Source: Ascidiella aspersa
Taxonomy: Eukaryota
Assembly: GCA_963924565.1 (NCBI GenBank)
Contig: OZ004608.1
Span: 28,396,001 to 28,460,000 of the forward strand
Length of the DNA: 64,000 bases
Direction of reading: 5' to 3'
Both the position numbers and the translations under genes were made by a program. The notes under the pieces are model-generated. The model was given only the letters and a program-made list of their open reading frames with translations. It was not told the origin of the DNA and did no database searches. This document shows positions 62,894-64,000 of this stretch, piece after piece; the first letter of the stretch is position 1; the number at the start of each line of letters is the position of its first letter.

Positions 62894-64000
62894 ATGAAGT
62901 TAAACAAGCGTCGAAGGTATTTCCTTGCAGCGTTGGCTGTAATTGATCTTGTCGTGAGGTAAGTAAACGCACTTTAAAACCAAGCTAACAACATCTATAT
63001 GTAAATTATTTCAAAGTACCGGTATCGCATGTTGCAGTCAACGTGTATGTGTTGCAGTCAACGTGTATGTCGGTTGTCTTAGTTACGGCTATAGGCATAA
63101 CCTGTACTTTTCTGCTCATAACTTCCTTCGCTGTGATGCTCATTGAGTTTTCCTAATCTTATTTTATTTATTTTACTAGTTTGGGAAAAGTCTGACATGG
63201 TGTGAGGAACTTCCTGAATTCCCCCTTGATTCCGGCGTTTGCAGACCATTGGTTTGCCATCAAAGGACACCAAATAGCGGTACGCCGTAATATTGTTTTG
63301 CAGATCAACTGGTGAAATATCAGGATGCATCATTCCGAGTCAAGTAATTCAGTAGCCGTATGCAGGAAATTACACCACGCGAGCAGATGGCCGATGGCTG
63401 GTCCTCGATAGAAACGTCGCCTACAGCGAACCGCTCGTTTTACTTTGCGCTATTTTCCTGCTCATAACACCATACTTCATTGTGTGATTCTCGACCTCAT
63501 TAATCTTGGTTTTGCATCTAAAAAGGGAAGAAGAAACTTAAACTTTCGTTAAATCAGTCAATTATTGTGGCGAGCTAAAAACATTACTTTCAAGTAAGCG
63601 TTTTTCTGGTTGCTAGCGTTGGCGGTTTAGTGGATCAAAGCAACCCGCACCTCATGCTGTCACAAATATTTTTTAACACCTCATGCTGTCACAAATATTT
63701 TCGAATGCCACAAAAAGCGACAGCGAAGTTGGGAAGTGATTTTGCCTGTCGGAAGCTTATATGGAGCTGTGTTTGGTGGGTGGCTGGTTGACAGATTCCA
63801 GCCAACTGCTCTTCATATTAGAGTCGGATCTTTGGCTATGTCTGTAGACGGGATGCTTGGTTATTATCTGGACCGTTTTGCTTGTTTTTATGTATCCAAC
63901 ATTATGATTGTATTTTATGTAAAATCGTTGAGGTACTTGTGGTGGATGTTTCCATCTTGTTTGCCTATCCTATGAAAGAAGCATTTTTGTCACGATGTTT
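62894..64000 (+). pseudogene. Decayed paralog of the adjacent FLVCR-like gene (runs off window end)
   Basis: Collinear remnants MKLNKRRRYFLAALAVID..., ISGCIIPSQVIQ*PYAGNYTTRADGRWLVLDR, GAVFGGWLVDRF...IRVGSLA, YPMKEAF, with multiple stops, frameshifts, deletions and short tandem duplications (about 63029-63072 and 63648-63702). Confidence 0.88.

Overview
AT-rich, intron-rich animal genomic DNA with GT-AG introns. An invertebrate, plausibly an ascidian, but the taxon is an inference. Splicing exons by hand and checking phases gives seven genes: COPA (+, 5'-truncated, 18 exons in the window), DUS1L (+), a type I transmembrane C-type lectin with a ~470-aa disordered cytoplasmic tail (+), DPH2 (-), a secreted Gly/Met/Asn-rich repeat protein (+), a 14-exon type II membrane-anchored intelectin-like protein (-) and an intronless FLVCR/SLC49-like MFS transporter (-). 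A decayed FLVCR paralog lies head-to-head with the transporter (+). Introns and intergenic DNA carry many non-autonomous hAT MITEs with nnnTAnnn target duplications, a tRNA-derived SINE and a Penelope-type minimal hammerhead motif. Most notable: (1) DPH2 has lost the conserved N-terminal Fe-S cysteines (SCCVD->SYDVD, HxGxAC->HYGKAA) while carrying a CX3CX2C motif in an insertion; (2) the intelectin has a signal anchor and a cytoplasmic tail built from a duplicated 4-exon module; (3) the lectin receptor tail has SH3/SH2-type motifs. All splice models and homology calls come from reading the sequence and recalled family motifs; no searches were run.
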